The translations under genes were made by a program, and so were the position numbers. A stretch of DNA of 64,000 nucleotides from Bacteroidales bacterium (GTDB taxonomy: Bacteria; Bacteroidota; Bacteroidia; Bacteroidales; G3-4614): assembly GCA_017935575.1 (NCBI GenBank), contig JAGBHI010000091.1, positions 9,094-73,093 of the forward strand, read 5' to 3'. Under the pieces are notes generated by a model. It ran no database searches, was not told the origin of the DNA, and saw only the letters and a program-made list of their open reading frames with translations. This document shows positions 26,708 to 37,534 of this stretch, piece after piece. The stretch's first letter is position 1, and each line of letters opens with the position of its first letter.

Positions 26708-29185
26708 ATGATATATCCAAATAATTTTGAGCAAAAAATAGGCTTTGATAAGATAAGAAATAAAATTAAAGATTGCTGTCTTTCTGTATTAGGAAAAGAG
26801 GCTACCGATAAAATTGAATTTTCTACTCATTACAAAACAATAGTCAGAAAAGTTGAAGAATGTAATGAATTTTTATTTATAATAGAGAGCGAAAAGGATT
26901 TTCCGTGCGACCATTTTTATGATGTTCGTACTGCCCTCAAACGTCTGAAAGTTGAAGGTACATATATTGATACCAATGAACTTTTTGATTTAAGACGTTC
27001 TCTTGCTTCAATCATAAATATTATTGCTTTTTTACGAAGTGGCGAAGAGGAAGAAAAAGTTATATATCCTCGACTAAAAGCTCTTACTGAAAATATTGCT
27101 ACATTCCCGGATATACTTAAGAAAGCTGATTTAATAATTGACAAATTTGGACAGGTAAAAGATAATGCTTCGCCAGCCTTATACGATATAAGACGCGAAA
27201 TGAGTAGTAAAGTAAACTCTATATCTCGCAGTTTATCATCAATTCTTAAAAAGGCTCGCGAGGAAGGTATTGTTGAAAAAGATGTTACCCCGACCATGAG
27301 AGATGGTCGTTTGGTAATACCTGTAATGCCTGCCCATAAACGAAAGATAAAGGGTATTGTCCACGACGAATCGGCAAGCGGTAAAACTGTATTTATTGAA
27401 CCGGCGGAAGTTGTTGAAGCAAATAACAGAATTAGAGAATTAGAGGGAGAAGAGAGACGTGAAATTATTAAAATATTAACAGAGTTTTCTGATATTATTC
27501 GTCCGCATATTGACGATATGGTTTACTCATATTTGTTTATGGGCGAGATTGATTTAATAAGAGCTAAAGCTGTTTTTGCGAGAAGTATTGAGGCCAGAAT
27601 GCCTAAGATTGACAACTATTGTCAAATTGATTGGTATGGTGCAGTTCACCCATTATTATATTTGTCTTTAAAACGACAAAACAAAAAGGTTGTTCCTTTG
27701 GAAATATGCTTAGACAAAACAAATAGAATATTAATTATTTCAGGTCCTAATGCAGGAGGAAAATCTGTTTGTTTAAAGAGTGTAGGTCTTTTACAATATA
27801 TGTTGCAATGCGGACTTCTTGTGCCGATGAATGATAATTCTCGAGTTGGTATTTTTGAAGATATTTTTATTGATATTGGCGATGAGCAATCAATTGAAGA
27901 TGATTTGAGTACATATAGTTCTCACTTAATGAACATGAAGCATTTTGTAAAGAACTGCGGAGAAAAATCACTTCTTTTAATTGATGAGTTTGGAGGTGGA
28001 ACCGAACCACGTATTGGCGGAGCTATAGCCGAAGCTCTACTTGATCGCTTTAATAAAAGAAAAGCATTTGGTGTAATTACTACCCACTATCAAAATCTTA
28101 AACAATTTGCCGAAGACAATAACGGCATTATAAATGGTGCCATGCTATATGACAGGCACCTTATGCAACCTTTATTTAAACTCTCTATTGGCAATCCGGG
28201 TAGCTCTTTTGCTATTGAGATTGCTCGTAAAATAGGATTACCGGAAGATGTCATTGAAGAGGCTTCTGAAATTGTCGGAAAGGAGTATGTTTCGATGGAT
28301 AAATATCTTCAGGATATTGTACGAGACAAACGGTATTGGGAGCAAAAACGACAGAATGTAAGATTAATGGAAAAACGTCTTGAAGAGACAATAATACGTT
28401 ATGAAAAAGATGTTTTGAAATTAGATAAAGAGCGCAAAGATATTATCAAAGATGCTAAAAATGAGGCTCAAAATATATTAAGTGGAGCTAATGCAAAAAT
28501 TGAGAATACAATCAGGGGTATAAAAGAGGCTCAAGCAGAAAAAGAACGCACCAAAGCCCTTAGAGAAGAGATGCTCAAATTTAAAGAGGAGATTGGCGAT
28601 AAAGAGGAAAGGAATAAAAAATTATCAGAAAAGATTGAAAGAATCAACAAGAATAAAAAGAGACAGAAAAAGAATAACAAAGAGACTGCAACAAATAAAA
28701 TATCAACTGATTCTCCTCTTGCTATTGGCGATGCTGTTAAACTAAAAGAGAATGGGAATGTTGTAGGTGAAATTATTGAAATTAACGGCAAAAATGCATT
28801 AGTGGCATTTGGAATGATTAAAAGTTCTGTTAAGATTGACAAACTTGAACGTACCAGCAAATCATTAATAAAAAAACAAAATACCAAAACCGTATTTTTA
28901 AGTTCATCAACAACTGACGATATTAGAAAAAAACAACTATCATTTAGTAGTGAGCTTGACGTAAGAGGTATGCGTGGCGACGAAGCCATTGAGAGTGTTG
29001 CAGCTTTTATTGATACAGCCGTTTTATCAGGATATTCAAATTTGAGAATTTTACACGGTACAGGAAACGGAATTCTTCAACAACTAATCAGAAATTATCT
29101 TCGCAAAATAGATGCTGTAAAAAGTTATAGAGAAGAAGATATACAATTAGGAGGAGCGGGTATTACTGTTGTTGAGCTATATTAG
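26708..29185 (+). CDS. mutS2: Endonuclease MutS2 (MutS domain V ATPase plus C-terminal Smr)
   Basis: Walker A GPNAGGKS, LIDEFGGGTEP, a long coiled coil, and a C-terminal Smr domain (LDVRGMRGDEA...LRILHGTGNGIL). Confidence 0.95.
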   Translation: MIYPNNFEQKIGFDKIRNKIKDCCLSVLGKEATDKIEFSTHYKTIVRKVEECNEFLFIIESEKDFPCDHFYDVRTALKRLKVEGTYIDTNELFDLRRSLASIINIIAFLRSGEEEEKVIYPRLKALTENIATFPDILKKADLIIDKFGQVKDNASPALYDIRREMSSKVNSISRSLSSILKKAREEGIVEKDVTPTMRDGRLVIPVMPAHKRKIKGIVHDESASGKTVFIEPAEVVEANNRIRELEGEERREIIKILTEFSDIIRPHIDDMVYSYLFMGEIDLIRAKAVFARSIEARMPKIDNYCQIDWYGAVHPLLYLSLKRQNKKVVPLEICLDKTNRILIISGPNAGGKSVCLKSVGLLQYMLQCGLLVPMNDNSRVGIFEDIFIDIGDEQSIEDDLSTYSSHLMNMKHFVKNCGEKSLLLIDEFGGGTEPRIGGAIAEALLDRFNKRKAFGVITTHYQNLKQFAEDNNGIINGAMLYDRHLMQPLFKLSIGNPGSSFAIEIARKIGLPEDVIEEASEIVGKEYVSMDKYLQDIVRDKRYWEQKRQNVRLMEKRLEETIIRYEKDVLKLDKERKDIIKDAKNEAQNILSGANAKIENTIRGIKEAQAEKERTKALREEMLKFKEEIGDKEERNKKLSEKIERINKNKKRQKKNNKETATNKISTDSPLAIGDAVKLKENGNVVGEIIEINGKNALVAFGMIKSSVKIDKLERTSKSLIKKQNTKTVFLSSSTTDDIRKKQLSFSSELDVRGMRGDEAIESVAAFIDTAVLSGYSNLRILHGTGNGILQQLIRNYLRKIDAVKSYREEDIQLGGAGITVVELY

Positions 29186-29190
29186 TTATT

Positions 29191-29373
29191 ATGAGAAAAA
29201 GAAAACTTACCCCTTTTAACGTTATATGTATTGCCACTATATGGCTGATATTATGCTTTTTTGTCGTTAAAGGGCATGGAGGCATAAATGGACAAAGTGC
29301 ATTTGCCATAATTGCATCGGGAATTATTGTTTTTGTTCCCATATACAAAATGTTTAGAAAAAAGGAAGAATAG
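29191..29373 (+). CDS. Small two-TM membrane protein (hypothetical)
   Basis: 60 aa. ATG lies 5 nt after the mutS2 stop. It has two hydrophobic helices flanked by K/R-rich ends. There is no homology basis, so it could be spurious. Confidence 0.4.
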   Translation: MRKRKLTPFNVICIATIWLILCFFVVKGHGGINGQSAFAIIASGIIVFVPIYKMFRKKEE

Positions 29374-29418
29374 CACTTTTATTTGACTCAAAAAATTTTT
29401 ATTTTTGATAAAATAAGG

Positions 29419-29426
29419 TAATTTTG
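29419..29426 (+). promoter_or_regulatory. Candidate -7 box (TAATTTTG) for dxs
   Basis: 35 nt upstream of ATG 29461. Confidence 0.4.
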
Positions 29427-29460
29427 CAAAATGCATTATTGTGTTTGTTCTTAATTTATT

Positions 29461-31356
29461 ATGAATAACAATAAAAAGGGAAATATTTTATCTACAATAT
29501 ACTCGCCCAAAGATTTGAAAAATGTGGGTGTTGATTCTCTTCCTCAATTATGCGAAGAGATTAGGGAGTTTATGTTGGAGGTTTTAGCAAAAAACCCCGG
29601 GCATTTAGCATCGAGTTTGGGTTCTGTTGAACTTACCGTTGCACTTCATTATGTATTTAATACTCCTTACGATAGGATTGTTTGGGACGTAGGTCATCAG
29701 GCATATGCTCACAAAATCTTAACCGAAAGACGCGAAAAATTTGAAACATTAAGGCACTTAGGCGGATTATGCGGATTCCCCTCTCCTTCTGAAAGCGAAT
29801 ACGACACATTTACTGCTGGTCACGCTTCAAACTCTATTTCGGCCGCATTAGGCATGTCGGTTGCGGCAAATTTAAATAACGAGAACAGAAAAGTTATAGC
29901 TGTTATTGGCGATGCTGCCATTGGTGGAGGTTTAGCTTTTGAAGGCTTAAACAACGCATCTTCAAGCCCTAACGACTTACTTATAATACTTAACGACAAC
30001 GATATGGCAATTGACCGTAATGTTGGAGCTTTAAACAAGTATTTAGTTAAGATTACAACATCTCCCCGATACAATAGAATCAGATACAGAATATACTCTT
30101 TCTTGCGCAGAAGAAATATTATTGGAGATAATCACAAAGGTGCCATAACCCGTTTTACAAATAGTATAAAATCGCTTATAAGCCGACACCAAAATATTTT
30201 TGAAGGCTTAAACATAAGATATTTTGGACCTATTGATGGACATGACACTAAAAGTATTATAAGAATACTTAATGATATAAAAGATTTAAAAGGCCCAAAA
30301 CTTTTGCACCTTAAAACCATTAAAGGAAAGGGTTATAAGCCTGCTGAAAATGATGTAACAATATGGCATGCCCCCGGTAAATTCAATAAGGAGACCGGCG
30401 AAAGGATTATTTCAGCAAATAAAGATAACAAAGTTCGTTTCCAAGATGTCTTTGGTGAAACTTTAGTTGAATTAGCAGAACAAAATGATAAGATTGTAGG
30501 CATAACTCCTGCCATGCCATCGGGGTGTTCAATGAATATAATGGGAGAACACTTCCCTCATAGATGTTTTGATGTTGGTATTGCCGAAGAACATGCTGTA
30601 ACTTTCTCAGGAGGTCTTGCAAAAGAGGGATTAATTCCCTATTGTAATATATATTCAAGTTTCATGCAAAGAGCATTTGATGAGATAATTCATGATATTG
30701 CCATACAAAATCTGCACGTTGTTTTGTGTCTTGACCGTGCAGGCATCGTTGGCGAAGACGGAATGACTCATCATGGAAGTTTGGATTTGGCATACTTACG
30801 TTGTATTCCTAATATGACTATCTCCGCTCCTATGAACGAGCACTATTTAAGACATCTTATGTTTACAGCTCAAAATGCAACCGGACCTTTTGCAATAAGA
30901 TATCCAAGAGGAAATGGCAATATTTCGGATTGGAGATGCAAACCTCAAATTATTGAGATTGGAAAAGGACGAAAAATAATTGACGGAAAAGATATTGCTA
31001 TACTAAGTATAGGAACTATTGGCAATATAGCGCTTGAAGCTATAAACAGAGCAAAAGAGGATAATGGTATTGAAGCAACTTTATATGATATGATATTTGT
31101 GAAACCAATTGACAAAGATATCCTATATGAAGTTGGAAAGAACTTTAGTCGTATAATAACAGTTGAAGATGGCACTATAAACGGAGGTTTAGGTAGTGCA
31201 GTTACCGAATATATGACCGAAAACGGATTTAATTGCAAGATTAAACGTATTGGTATTCCCGATGAATTTATTACACACGGAAAGCCTTCAGAATTATACA
31301 AAATATGCAATATGGACAGCGATGGCATATATAATGCCATAACTGGTGAATGGTAA
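29461..31356 (+). CDS. dxs: 1-deoxy-D-xylulose-5-phosphate synthase
   Basis: [14 protein letters not shown], a TPP-binging-type motif [17 protein letters not shown] (TPP binding), and [15 protein letters not shown]. Confidence 0.96.
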   Translation: MNNNKKGNILSTIYSPKDLKNVGVDSLPQLCEEIREFMLEVLAKNPGHLASSLGSVELTVALHYVFNTPYDRIVWDVGHQAYAHKILTERREKFETLRHLGGLCGFPSPSESEYDTFTAGHASNSISAALGMSVAANLNNENRKVIAVIGDAAIGGGLAFEGLNNASSSPNDLLIILNDNDMAIDRNVGALNKYLVKITTSPRYNRIRYRIYSFLRRRNIIGDNHKGAITRFTNSIKSLISRHQNIFEGLNIRYFGPIDGHDTKSIIRILNDIKDLKGPKLLHLKTIKGKGYKPAENDVTIWHAPGKFNKETGERIISANKDNKVRFQDVFGETLVELAEQNDKIVGITPAMPSGCSMNIMGEHFPHRCFDVGIAEEHAVTFSGGLAKEGLIPYCNIYSSFMQRAFDEIIHDIAIQNLHVVLCLDRAGIVGEDGMTHHGSLDLAYLRCIPNMTISAPMNEHYLRHLMFTAQNATGPFAIRYPRGNGNISDWRCKPQIIEIGKGRKIIDGKDIAILSIGTIGNIALEAINRAKEDNGIEATLYDMIFVKPIDKDILYEVGKNFSRIITVEDGTINGGLGSAVTEYMTENGFNCKIKRIGIPDEFITHGKPSELYKICNMDSDGIYNAITGEW

Positions 31357-31368
31357 ATATAGAGTATT

Positions 31369-32706
31369 ATGAAAATAGTTATTGCGGGAGCCGGAGAGGT
31401 TGGTACTCATTTGGCAAAAATGTTGTCAAAGGAGAAACAAGATATTATATTGCTTGATACCAAAGTTGAAAAACTTCAATGGATTGATGCAAACTACAAC
31501 TTAATGACTGTTGTTGGAGACCCCTCATCATTTGATGCCTTAAAAAGCGCAAATGCAGGTAAGGCTGATTTATTTATTGCAGTTACCCCATCTGATGATA
31601 AAAATATAACGGCTTGTATGTTAGCTTCAAAATTAGGAGCTCAAAAGACTGTTGCCCGCATTGACAACTACGAATATATGCAACCAGACAATAGAGCATT
31701 TTTTAAAGATATGGGAGTTGATGAGCTCATATATCCTGAAATGCTTGCAGCCGAAGAGATTTTAAATGCTCTAAAAATCACATGGGCCCGAAAATGGTTT
31801 AGCCTTTGCGACGGTCAATTGATACTCGTAAGTACCAAAATAAGAGAAAACGCAACAATTACCAATCGCAAATTATGGGATTTAACCAAAGAGCATAATT
31901 TTTATCACGTATCGGCGATTAAACGTAAAGACGATATTATTATTCCTCGCGGAAATGACGAGATAATGATTAATGATATCGTATATTTTACCACCACAGC
32001 CGAGCATCTTGCCGATATTAGAGATATTACAGGCAAACGCGATATTTCCGTAGATAGTATAATGGTTTTAGGCGGTAGTAGAATTGCCATTCAACTTGCG
32101 CGCATACTCCCCGACTCTATCTCTATGAAAATTATAGAGCAAGATTACGAAAAGAGTTTAAGACTTGCCGAGAGGTTACCTGATGCATTTATAGTTCATG
32201 GCGATGCAAGAGAGACTGAACTTTTAATTGACGAAGGAATTAAAGGAATTGATGCATTTATTGCCTTGAGCGACAATTCAGAGACAAATATATTATCATG
32301 CCTTACAGCAAAAAAACTTGGTGTTAAGACAAAGACTATTGCCGAAGTTGAAAACATTCAATTTATCTCAACTGCCGAGAGTTTGGACATAGGTTCAATT
32401 ATAAATAAAAAAATAATTGCAGCAAGTAAAATTTATCAAATTCTTATTGATACAGATATCAGTGATGCTCGTTGCCTTGCAACATCTGATGCCGAAGTTG
32501 TAGAAGTAACAGTTAAAGATGGTGCTAAAATAACGAAAGGCAAAGTTAAGGATTTGGATATCCCAAAAGGATTAACTTTAGGCGGTATGGTAAGAGATGG
32601 CGTAGGTTACATTATAAATGGAGACACAGAAATAAAAGCAAATGACCATGTTTTGATTATATGTGTCAATGATATATTAAATAAAATAGAGAAATTATTC
32701 GGATAG
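31369..32706 (+). CDS. trkA: Trk potassium uptake system NAD-binding subunit TrkA
   Basis: Two RCK/KTN repeats; N-terminal Rossmann motif IAGAGEVG. Confidence 0.92.
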   Translation: MKIVIAGAGEVGTHLAKMLSKEKQDIILLDTKVEKLQWIDANYNLMTVVGDPSSFDALKSANAGKADLFIAVTPSDDKNITACMLASKLGAQKTVARIDNYEYMQPDNRAFFKDMGVDELIYPEMLAAEEILNALKITWARKWFSLCDGQLILVSTKIRENATITNRKLWDLTKEHNFYHVSAIKRKDDIIIPRGNDEIMINDIVYFTTTAEHLADIRDITGKRDISVDSIMVLGGSRIAIQLARILPDSISMKIIEQDYEKSLRLAERLPDAFIVHGDARETELLIDEGIKGIDAFIALSDNSETNILSCLTAKKLGVKTKTIAEVENIQFISTAESLDIGSIINKKIIAASKIYQILIDTDISDARCLATSDAEVVEVTVKDGAKITKGKVKDLDIPKGLTLGGMVRDGVGYIINGDTEIKANDHVLIICVNDILNKIEKLFG

Positions 32707-32717
32707 GTTATTAAGTT

Positions 32718-34181
32718 ATGTGGGGAATTAATTTTAAAGCTATTACAAGAGTAATTGGTATACTATTGTGTATCGAAGCTCTTTTTATGCTTATTCCTCT
32801 GTTTACATCGGTATATTATGGTGAACGAGATACCTTTCCTTTTGTATATAGCACATTAATTACGGCAATAACAGGTGGGCTGTTACTTCTTTTTTCACGG
32901 AATAATAACGAGAGATCCGGTAAAAAAGAGGGATTTATGTCAGTAACCTTAAGTTGGATTTCAATCTCCTTAATGGGTGCTCTACCTTTTATTCTTAATG
33001 GAGACGTAAACAACTTTACTGATGCTTTCTTTGAATCAATGTCTGGTTTCTCAACTACAGGAATGAGTATCTTAGAAGATATTGACTCTTCGTGTCATGG
33101 AATATTATTATGGAGAAGTTTAAGCCAATGGCTTGGAGGTATGGGTATTATATTATTCTCTTTGGCAATTATGCCCATGCTTAATTCAGGTACAGGGCTA
33201 TATCTGTTTAGTGCCGAAATGACAGGTGTAACACATGAAAAATTAGGACCGCGCATAAGCCAAACAGCTAAAAGATTATGGGGGTTATACCTCCTCTTTA
33301 CTGTTATATCTTTCATATTACTTGTCATAGGTCCGATGGATTGTTTTGATGCGGTATGTACTGCAATGTCAACATATTCGGCAGGAGGTTTTTCAACCAA
33401 ACAAGCAAGTATTGCATATTGGAATTCTGCATATATAGACTACGTTGTTACATTTTTCATGCTCCTTTCGGGTATAAATTTTGCATTGGTATATAGGTCG
33501 GTTTTTCGTAATCCCAAATACCTGTTTCAAAATGAAGAACTTAAATATTACATTATTTCAGCGCTAATAGGTACACTAATAATTACTACATATTTAATTA
33601 TCTCTTCGTCTGACTTCTTTGATATTGAATGGAGTTTTAGGACAGCTCTATTTACCGTTGTATCAGGATTAAGTACTACGGGATATTCAGTTGTTGATTT
33701 TTGTGATTGGGGCTCTTTCTTCTTCTTTATCATTTGTGTATGTATGTTTTGGGGAGCGTGTGCAGGCTCAACTTCTGGTGGCGCAAAAATGATACGTTCA
33801 ATTATCCTATTAAAAAATACCGCTAATGAATTTTTCAGACAAATACACCCTAATGCTATACGTCCAATAAGAGTAAACAATAATACAATTTCTCATGAGA
33901 TAGTTTCAAAAGCATTAGCATTCTTGGTATTTTATGTCATAATTATATTATTAAGTTGTATCACATTGTCTCTTTTAGGATTAACTGTTGAAGAGAGTAT
34001 TGGATTGGCAATTTCAAGTATAAGTAATTGTGGTTTCGGTGTTGGGGGAGAGAATCCTGATGCTATATTCTCTATTTTACCACAAGCCGGTAAATGGGTG
34101 GTACTCTTTAATATGTTAGTTGGCAGGTTAGAAATTTTCACTGTTCTAATACTTTTCTCTCCATATTTCTGGAAAAAATAA
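32718..34181 (+). CDS. trkH: TrkH-family potassium transporter
   Basis: Polytopic membrane protein with repeated selectivity-filter-like SGFSTTG / STYSAGG / SGLSTTG / SNCGFG motifs. Confidence 0.92.
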   Translation: MWGINFKAITRVIGILLCIEALFMLIPLFTSVYYGERDTFPFVYSTLITAITGGLLLLFSRNNNERSGKKEGFMSVTLSWISISLMGALPFILNGDVNNFTDAFFESMSGFSTTGMSILEDIDSSCHGILLWRSLSQWLGGMGIILFSLAIMPMLNSGTGLYLFSAEMTGVTHEKLGPRISQTAKRLWGLYLLFTVISFILLVIGPMDCFDAVCTAMSTYSAGGFSTKQASIAYWNSAYIDYVVTFFMLLSGINFALVYRSVFRNPKYLFQNEELKYYIISALIGTLIITTYLIISSSDFFDIEWSFRTALFTVVSGLSTTGYSVVDFCDWGSFFFFIICVCMFWGACAGSTSGGAKMIRSIILLKNTANEFFRQIHPNAIRPIRVNNNTISHEIVSKALAFLVFYVIIILLSCITLSLLGLTVEESIGLAISSISNCGFGVGGENPDAIFSILPQAGKWVVLFNMLVGRLEIFTVLILFSPYFWKK

Positions 34182-34425
34182 TTCAATTATTATCTTTACT
34201 TGACTACCTAAAATCGTTGAATTATAGATAGTAATTGTATTATCTCAAAACGATTTAATAAAATTCAGAACAGATCCTAAGTCTCATTATTTTTTTTGAA
34301 AATTTAAAGGAAGTTCTTAAAAAAGTATCCCACTTTTTTCTTATCTTTGAGGTAAAACCTCGAAAATACTTGCGCTCGCTGTAAAATATTCAAGTAAACT
34401 TGATATTATTTTGCTCGCTTATTCG

Positions 34426-34433
34426 TATTTTTG
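34426..34433 (+). promoter_or_regulatory. Candidate -7 box (TATTTTTG) for ftsK
   Basis: 56 nt upstream of ATG 34489. A second box, TATCTTTG, lies at 34341-34348. Confidence 0.35.
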
Positions 34434-34488
34434 CAATTATATGTTTTAATGTTATGAGAGAAACATCTCTCTTTTTAGATTGATTTAT

Positions 34489-36897
34489 ATGTCAAGAAAG
34501 AAAAATTTATCTGAAAGCAACTCATTCTCAAATCGAATTAAGAATTTTATAGCCAAAGATAGTATCAGAGTATCATTGGGTATAGTTATAATATTCTTCT
34601 CAATATATCTACTTATAAGTCTTATATCATTTTTAATATCTGGTCATATAGACCAAAGTGTTACAGACTCTGTAAATGCAAGTATTGATAACATAAAAAA
34701 TGAAGGAGGTTCTTTAGGTGTTAAATTAGCCGATACTCTAATAAACAGATGGATTGGTATATCTGTATTGCTATTTTGTCCCCTGCTGTTATTATCAGGA
34801 ATAAAATGTATTGGGAAGGGTGATAAAAAAATTAATATTAATCTTACAAAACTATTCATATATACTTGTTGTAGTGCAATTGTCATATCTTTAACTTTAG
34901 GATTTTTATTTATTGACGGATATAAAGATTCTTCGATATACTTAGGAGGAATGCATGGATATTATCTATCTAACTTATTAGAAACAAATATAGGTTGGAG
35001 CGGTACCCTACTTTTGATTATAGCTCTTATTTTAATCCTCCTTGTATGCGCATTCAGTGCCACTTCCGATATTATTAGAAAATTTTTCAGTTTTGAATTT
35101 CTCAAGAAAAAAATTACTCCTGAAGAGAGTAATGAGCCCTCTCCATTAACCAAAAGTGAGAGTGAGCCAAATGAGAGTAGTTTTACTTTTGGCGAAAAGT
35201 CACCTGAAGATGAAAATAATAATGACAATAATTGTGTTATTGACAATATAGATACAGATATTGATATTAATGAAGAGAATAACAATCTTACGGAAGAGGA
35301 TACTATTGACAACGACATTGACGATGTTGAGTTTACTGTAAATGTTGGCAAACAAGAAGAATTAACCAAAAAGAACATTGCTGACTTAGGCGAATATGAC
35401 CCAAAACTTGATTTAGCTCACTACAAAATGCCCTCATTTGATTTACTTAACAAATTAGATGAGAAAGATTTACCAATTGATAACGAAGAACAAAACGCCA
35501 ATAAACAACGCATTATTGAAACTCTTGGAAACTATGGCATTAAGATATCTTCAATAAGTGCAACTGTAGGGCCTACTGTTACTTTATATGAGATTGTTCC
35601 TGAAGCAGGTGTCAGAATTTCAAAAATAAGAAATCTTGAAGATGATATTGCATTAAGTTTATCGGCATTAGGTATAAGAATTATTGCCCCAATACCCGGA
35701 AAAGGAACTATTGGGATTGAAGTGCCAAATAAAGATGCAAAGATTGTATCTATGCACTCTGTAATTGCTTCACGCAAATTTCAAGAGAGCAAATATGAGC
35801 TACCTGTTGCATTAGGAAAAACAATCTCAAACGAAGTATTTATGATTGACCTTGCAAAGATGCCACACGTATTGGTTGCGGGAGCAACAGGTCAAGGAAA
35901 ATCAGTTGGATTAAATGCTATAATTACATCGTTATTATATAAAAAACACCCATCTCAATTAAAGTTGGTTTTAATTGACCCCAAAAAGGTTGAGTTCAAT
36001 ATATATTCTGATATTGAGAAACACTTTCTCGCTAAAAATCCCGAATCAGAAGATGCTATTATCACCGATATTCCCAAAGTTGTAAATACTCTAAAATCTC
36101 TTACAAAAGAGATGGATAACAGATATACGCTTCTTCAAAAGGCTCATGCTCGCAACATTAAAGAGTACAATGCAAAATTCATATCACGTCAATTATCTCC
36201 ACTGAACGGACACTACTATATGCCTTATATAGTTGTTATTGTTGATGAGTTTGGCGATTTGATTATGACAGCAGGAAAAGAGGTTGAACTTCCCATTGCA
36301 CGTATTGCTCAATTAGCTCGTGCCGTAGGTATTCACATGATTATAGCAACCCAACGTCCATCAACAAATATTATAACAGGAGTAATTAAAGCAAACTTCC
36401 CTGCCCGTATTGCCTTTAAGGTATCGGCAATGGTTGACTCTCGTACAATTTTAGATTGTCCTGGTGCAAATCAACTAATTGGTAGAGGAGATATGTTATT
36501 CTCTCAAGGTAGTGAATTGGTTCGCGTTCAATGCGCCTTTGTTGATACTCCTGAAGTTGAGGATATTTGTAGTTTTATTGGAGATCAACAAGGATATCCT
36601 GAAGCATATGAACTACCGGAATACAACGAAGATAGCTCTGATAGTAGCACAAATGATGTAAACCTTAAAGATAGAGATGAACTTTTTGAAGAGGCAGCTC
36701 GTCTTGTTGTTTCAGAACAACAAGGTTCAACCTCTCTAATTCAAAGAAAATTCTCATTGGGATATAATAGAGCCGGTAGGATTATGGATCAGCTTGAAGC
36801 AGCAGGTATTGTAGGTCCAAGTAAAGGCAGTAAACCTCGCGATGTTCTCATGATGGACCTTATGGCTCTTGATAATTTGCTTGACAATTTAAATTAA
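34489..36897 (+). CDS. ftsK: DNA translocase FtsK/SpoIIIE
   Basis: N-terminal TM segments, an acidic/Asn-rich linker, a motor domain with Walker A GATGQGKS and VVIVDEFGDL, and a C-terminal gamma wHTH (STSLIQRKFSLGYNRAGRIMDQLE). The ORF-track start 34480 is TTG, so ATG 34489 is preferred. Confidence 0.95.
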   Translation: MSRKKNLSESNSFSNRIKNFIAKDSIRVSLGIVIIFFSIYLLISLISFLISGHIDQSVTDSVNASIDNIKNEGGSLGVKLADTLINRWIGISVLLFCPLLLLSGIKCIGKGDKKININLTKLFIYTCCSAIVISLTLGFLFIDGYKDSSIYLGGMHGYYLSNLLETNIGWSGTLLLIIALILILLVCAFSATSDIIRKFFSFEFLKKKITPEESNEPSPLTKSESEPNESSFTFGEKSPEDENNNDNNCVIDNIDTDIDINEENNNLTEEDTIDNDIDDVEFTVNVGKQEELTKKNIADLGEYDPKLDLAHYKMPSFDLLNKLDEKDLPIDNEEQNANKQRIIETLGNYGIKISSISATVGPTVTLYEIVPEAGVRISKIRNLEDDIALSLSALGIRIIAPIPGKGTIGIEVPNKDAKIVSMHSVIASRKFQESKYELPVALGKTISNEVFMIDLAKMPHVLVAGATGQGKSVGLNAIITSLLYKKHPSQLKLVLIDPKKVEFNIYSDIEKHFLAKNPESEDAIITDIPKVVNTLKSLTKEMDNRYTLLQKAHARNIKEYNAKFISRQLSPLNGHYYMPYIVVIVDEFGDLIMTAGKEVELPIARIAQLARAVGIHMIIATQRPSTNIITGVIKANFPARIAFKVSAMVDSRTILDCPGANQLIGRGDMLFSQGSELVRVQCAFVDTPEVEDICSFIGDQQGYPEAYELPEYNEDSSDSSTNDVNLKDRDELFEEAARLVVSEQQGSTSLIQRKFSLGYNRAGRIMDQLEAAGIVGPSKGSKPRDVLMMDLMALDNLLDNLN

Positions 36898-36898
36898 G

Positions 36899-37528
36899 AT
36901 GAAACATACGTTATTGTTCATAACAATCATATTTTGGAGTATTACAATAGCTCCTACATTTGCTCAAGATAGATGTAACTCTATTTTGAACAAAGTTGTA
37001 ACTGAATATGATAAATCAAACGGAATATCTGCCAAATTTGTTATTAATTCAATAACAAATGGTTATGAGACATCTATTTCGGGCAATATTCTATTAAAGG
37101 GAAAGATGTTCGCTTTCACAACTGATGTTATGGAGTGTGGATATGATGGAGAAACGCTATGGAGTTATATAAAATCAAACGAAGAGATAAATCTCTCAAA
37201 CCCCGATGAAGAGGAGATAATAAATATGAATCCCTATCTCCTTTTTAAAAATTACAACAAGCGCTTCAACTGTTCATATGAAGGCAAAAAAGGGACATCG
37301 GAGACTTTGTTGCTTACCCCTAAAAACTCAAACGATAATATCAAAAGCGTAAAAGCATCTGTTAATAGTACAATGTTATTTCCATCTCGCATTGAAATTA
37401 TCAATAAAGACAAATCTCAAATTATAATAACCATTTCAGATTATAATAGCCAAATAAATATCAAAGGAGATGAATTTGTGTTTGATGCAAGAAAGTATAA
37501 AGATATTGAAATAATTGATTTAAGATAA
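36899..37528 (+). CDS. lolA: LolA-like outer-membrane lipoprotein carrier protein
   Basis: Signal peptide, about 200 aa, beta-rich. Shows the conserved ftsK-lolA adjacency in Bacteroidota. Confidence 0.75.
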   Translation: MKHTLLFITIIFWSITIAPTFAQDRCNSILNKVVTEYDKSNGISAKFVINSITNGYETSISGNILLKGKMFAFTTDVMECGYDGETLWSYIKSNEEINLSNPDEEEIINMNPYLLFKNYNKRFNCSYEGKKGTSETLLLTPKNSNDNIKSVKASVNSTMLFPSRIEIINKDKSQIIITISDYNSQINIKGDEFVFDARKYKDIEIIDLR

Positions 37529-37534
37529 TATATT

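Noticed and set aside
26917-28989. 126-aa and 152-aa minus-strand ORFs inside mutS2.
   Set aside because: They are antisense to a full-length MutS2 with intact Walker and Smr motifs. Their Ser/Leu/Phe-rich composition is typical of shadow frames. The same reasoning applies to antisense ORFs inside aspS, glnS, dxs, trkH, ftsK, uvrA, the LysM protein and the MFS gene.
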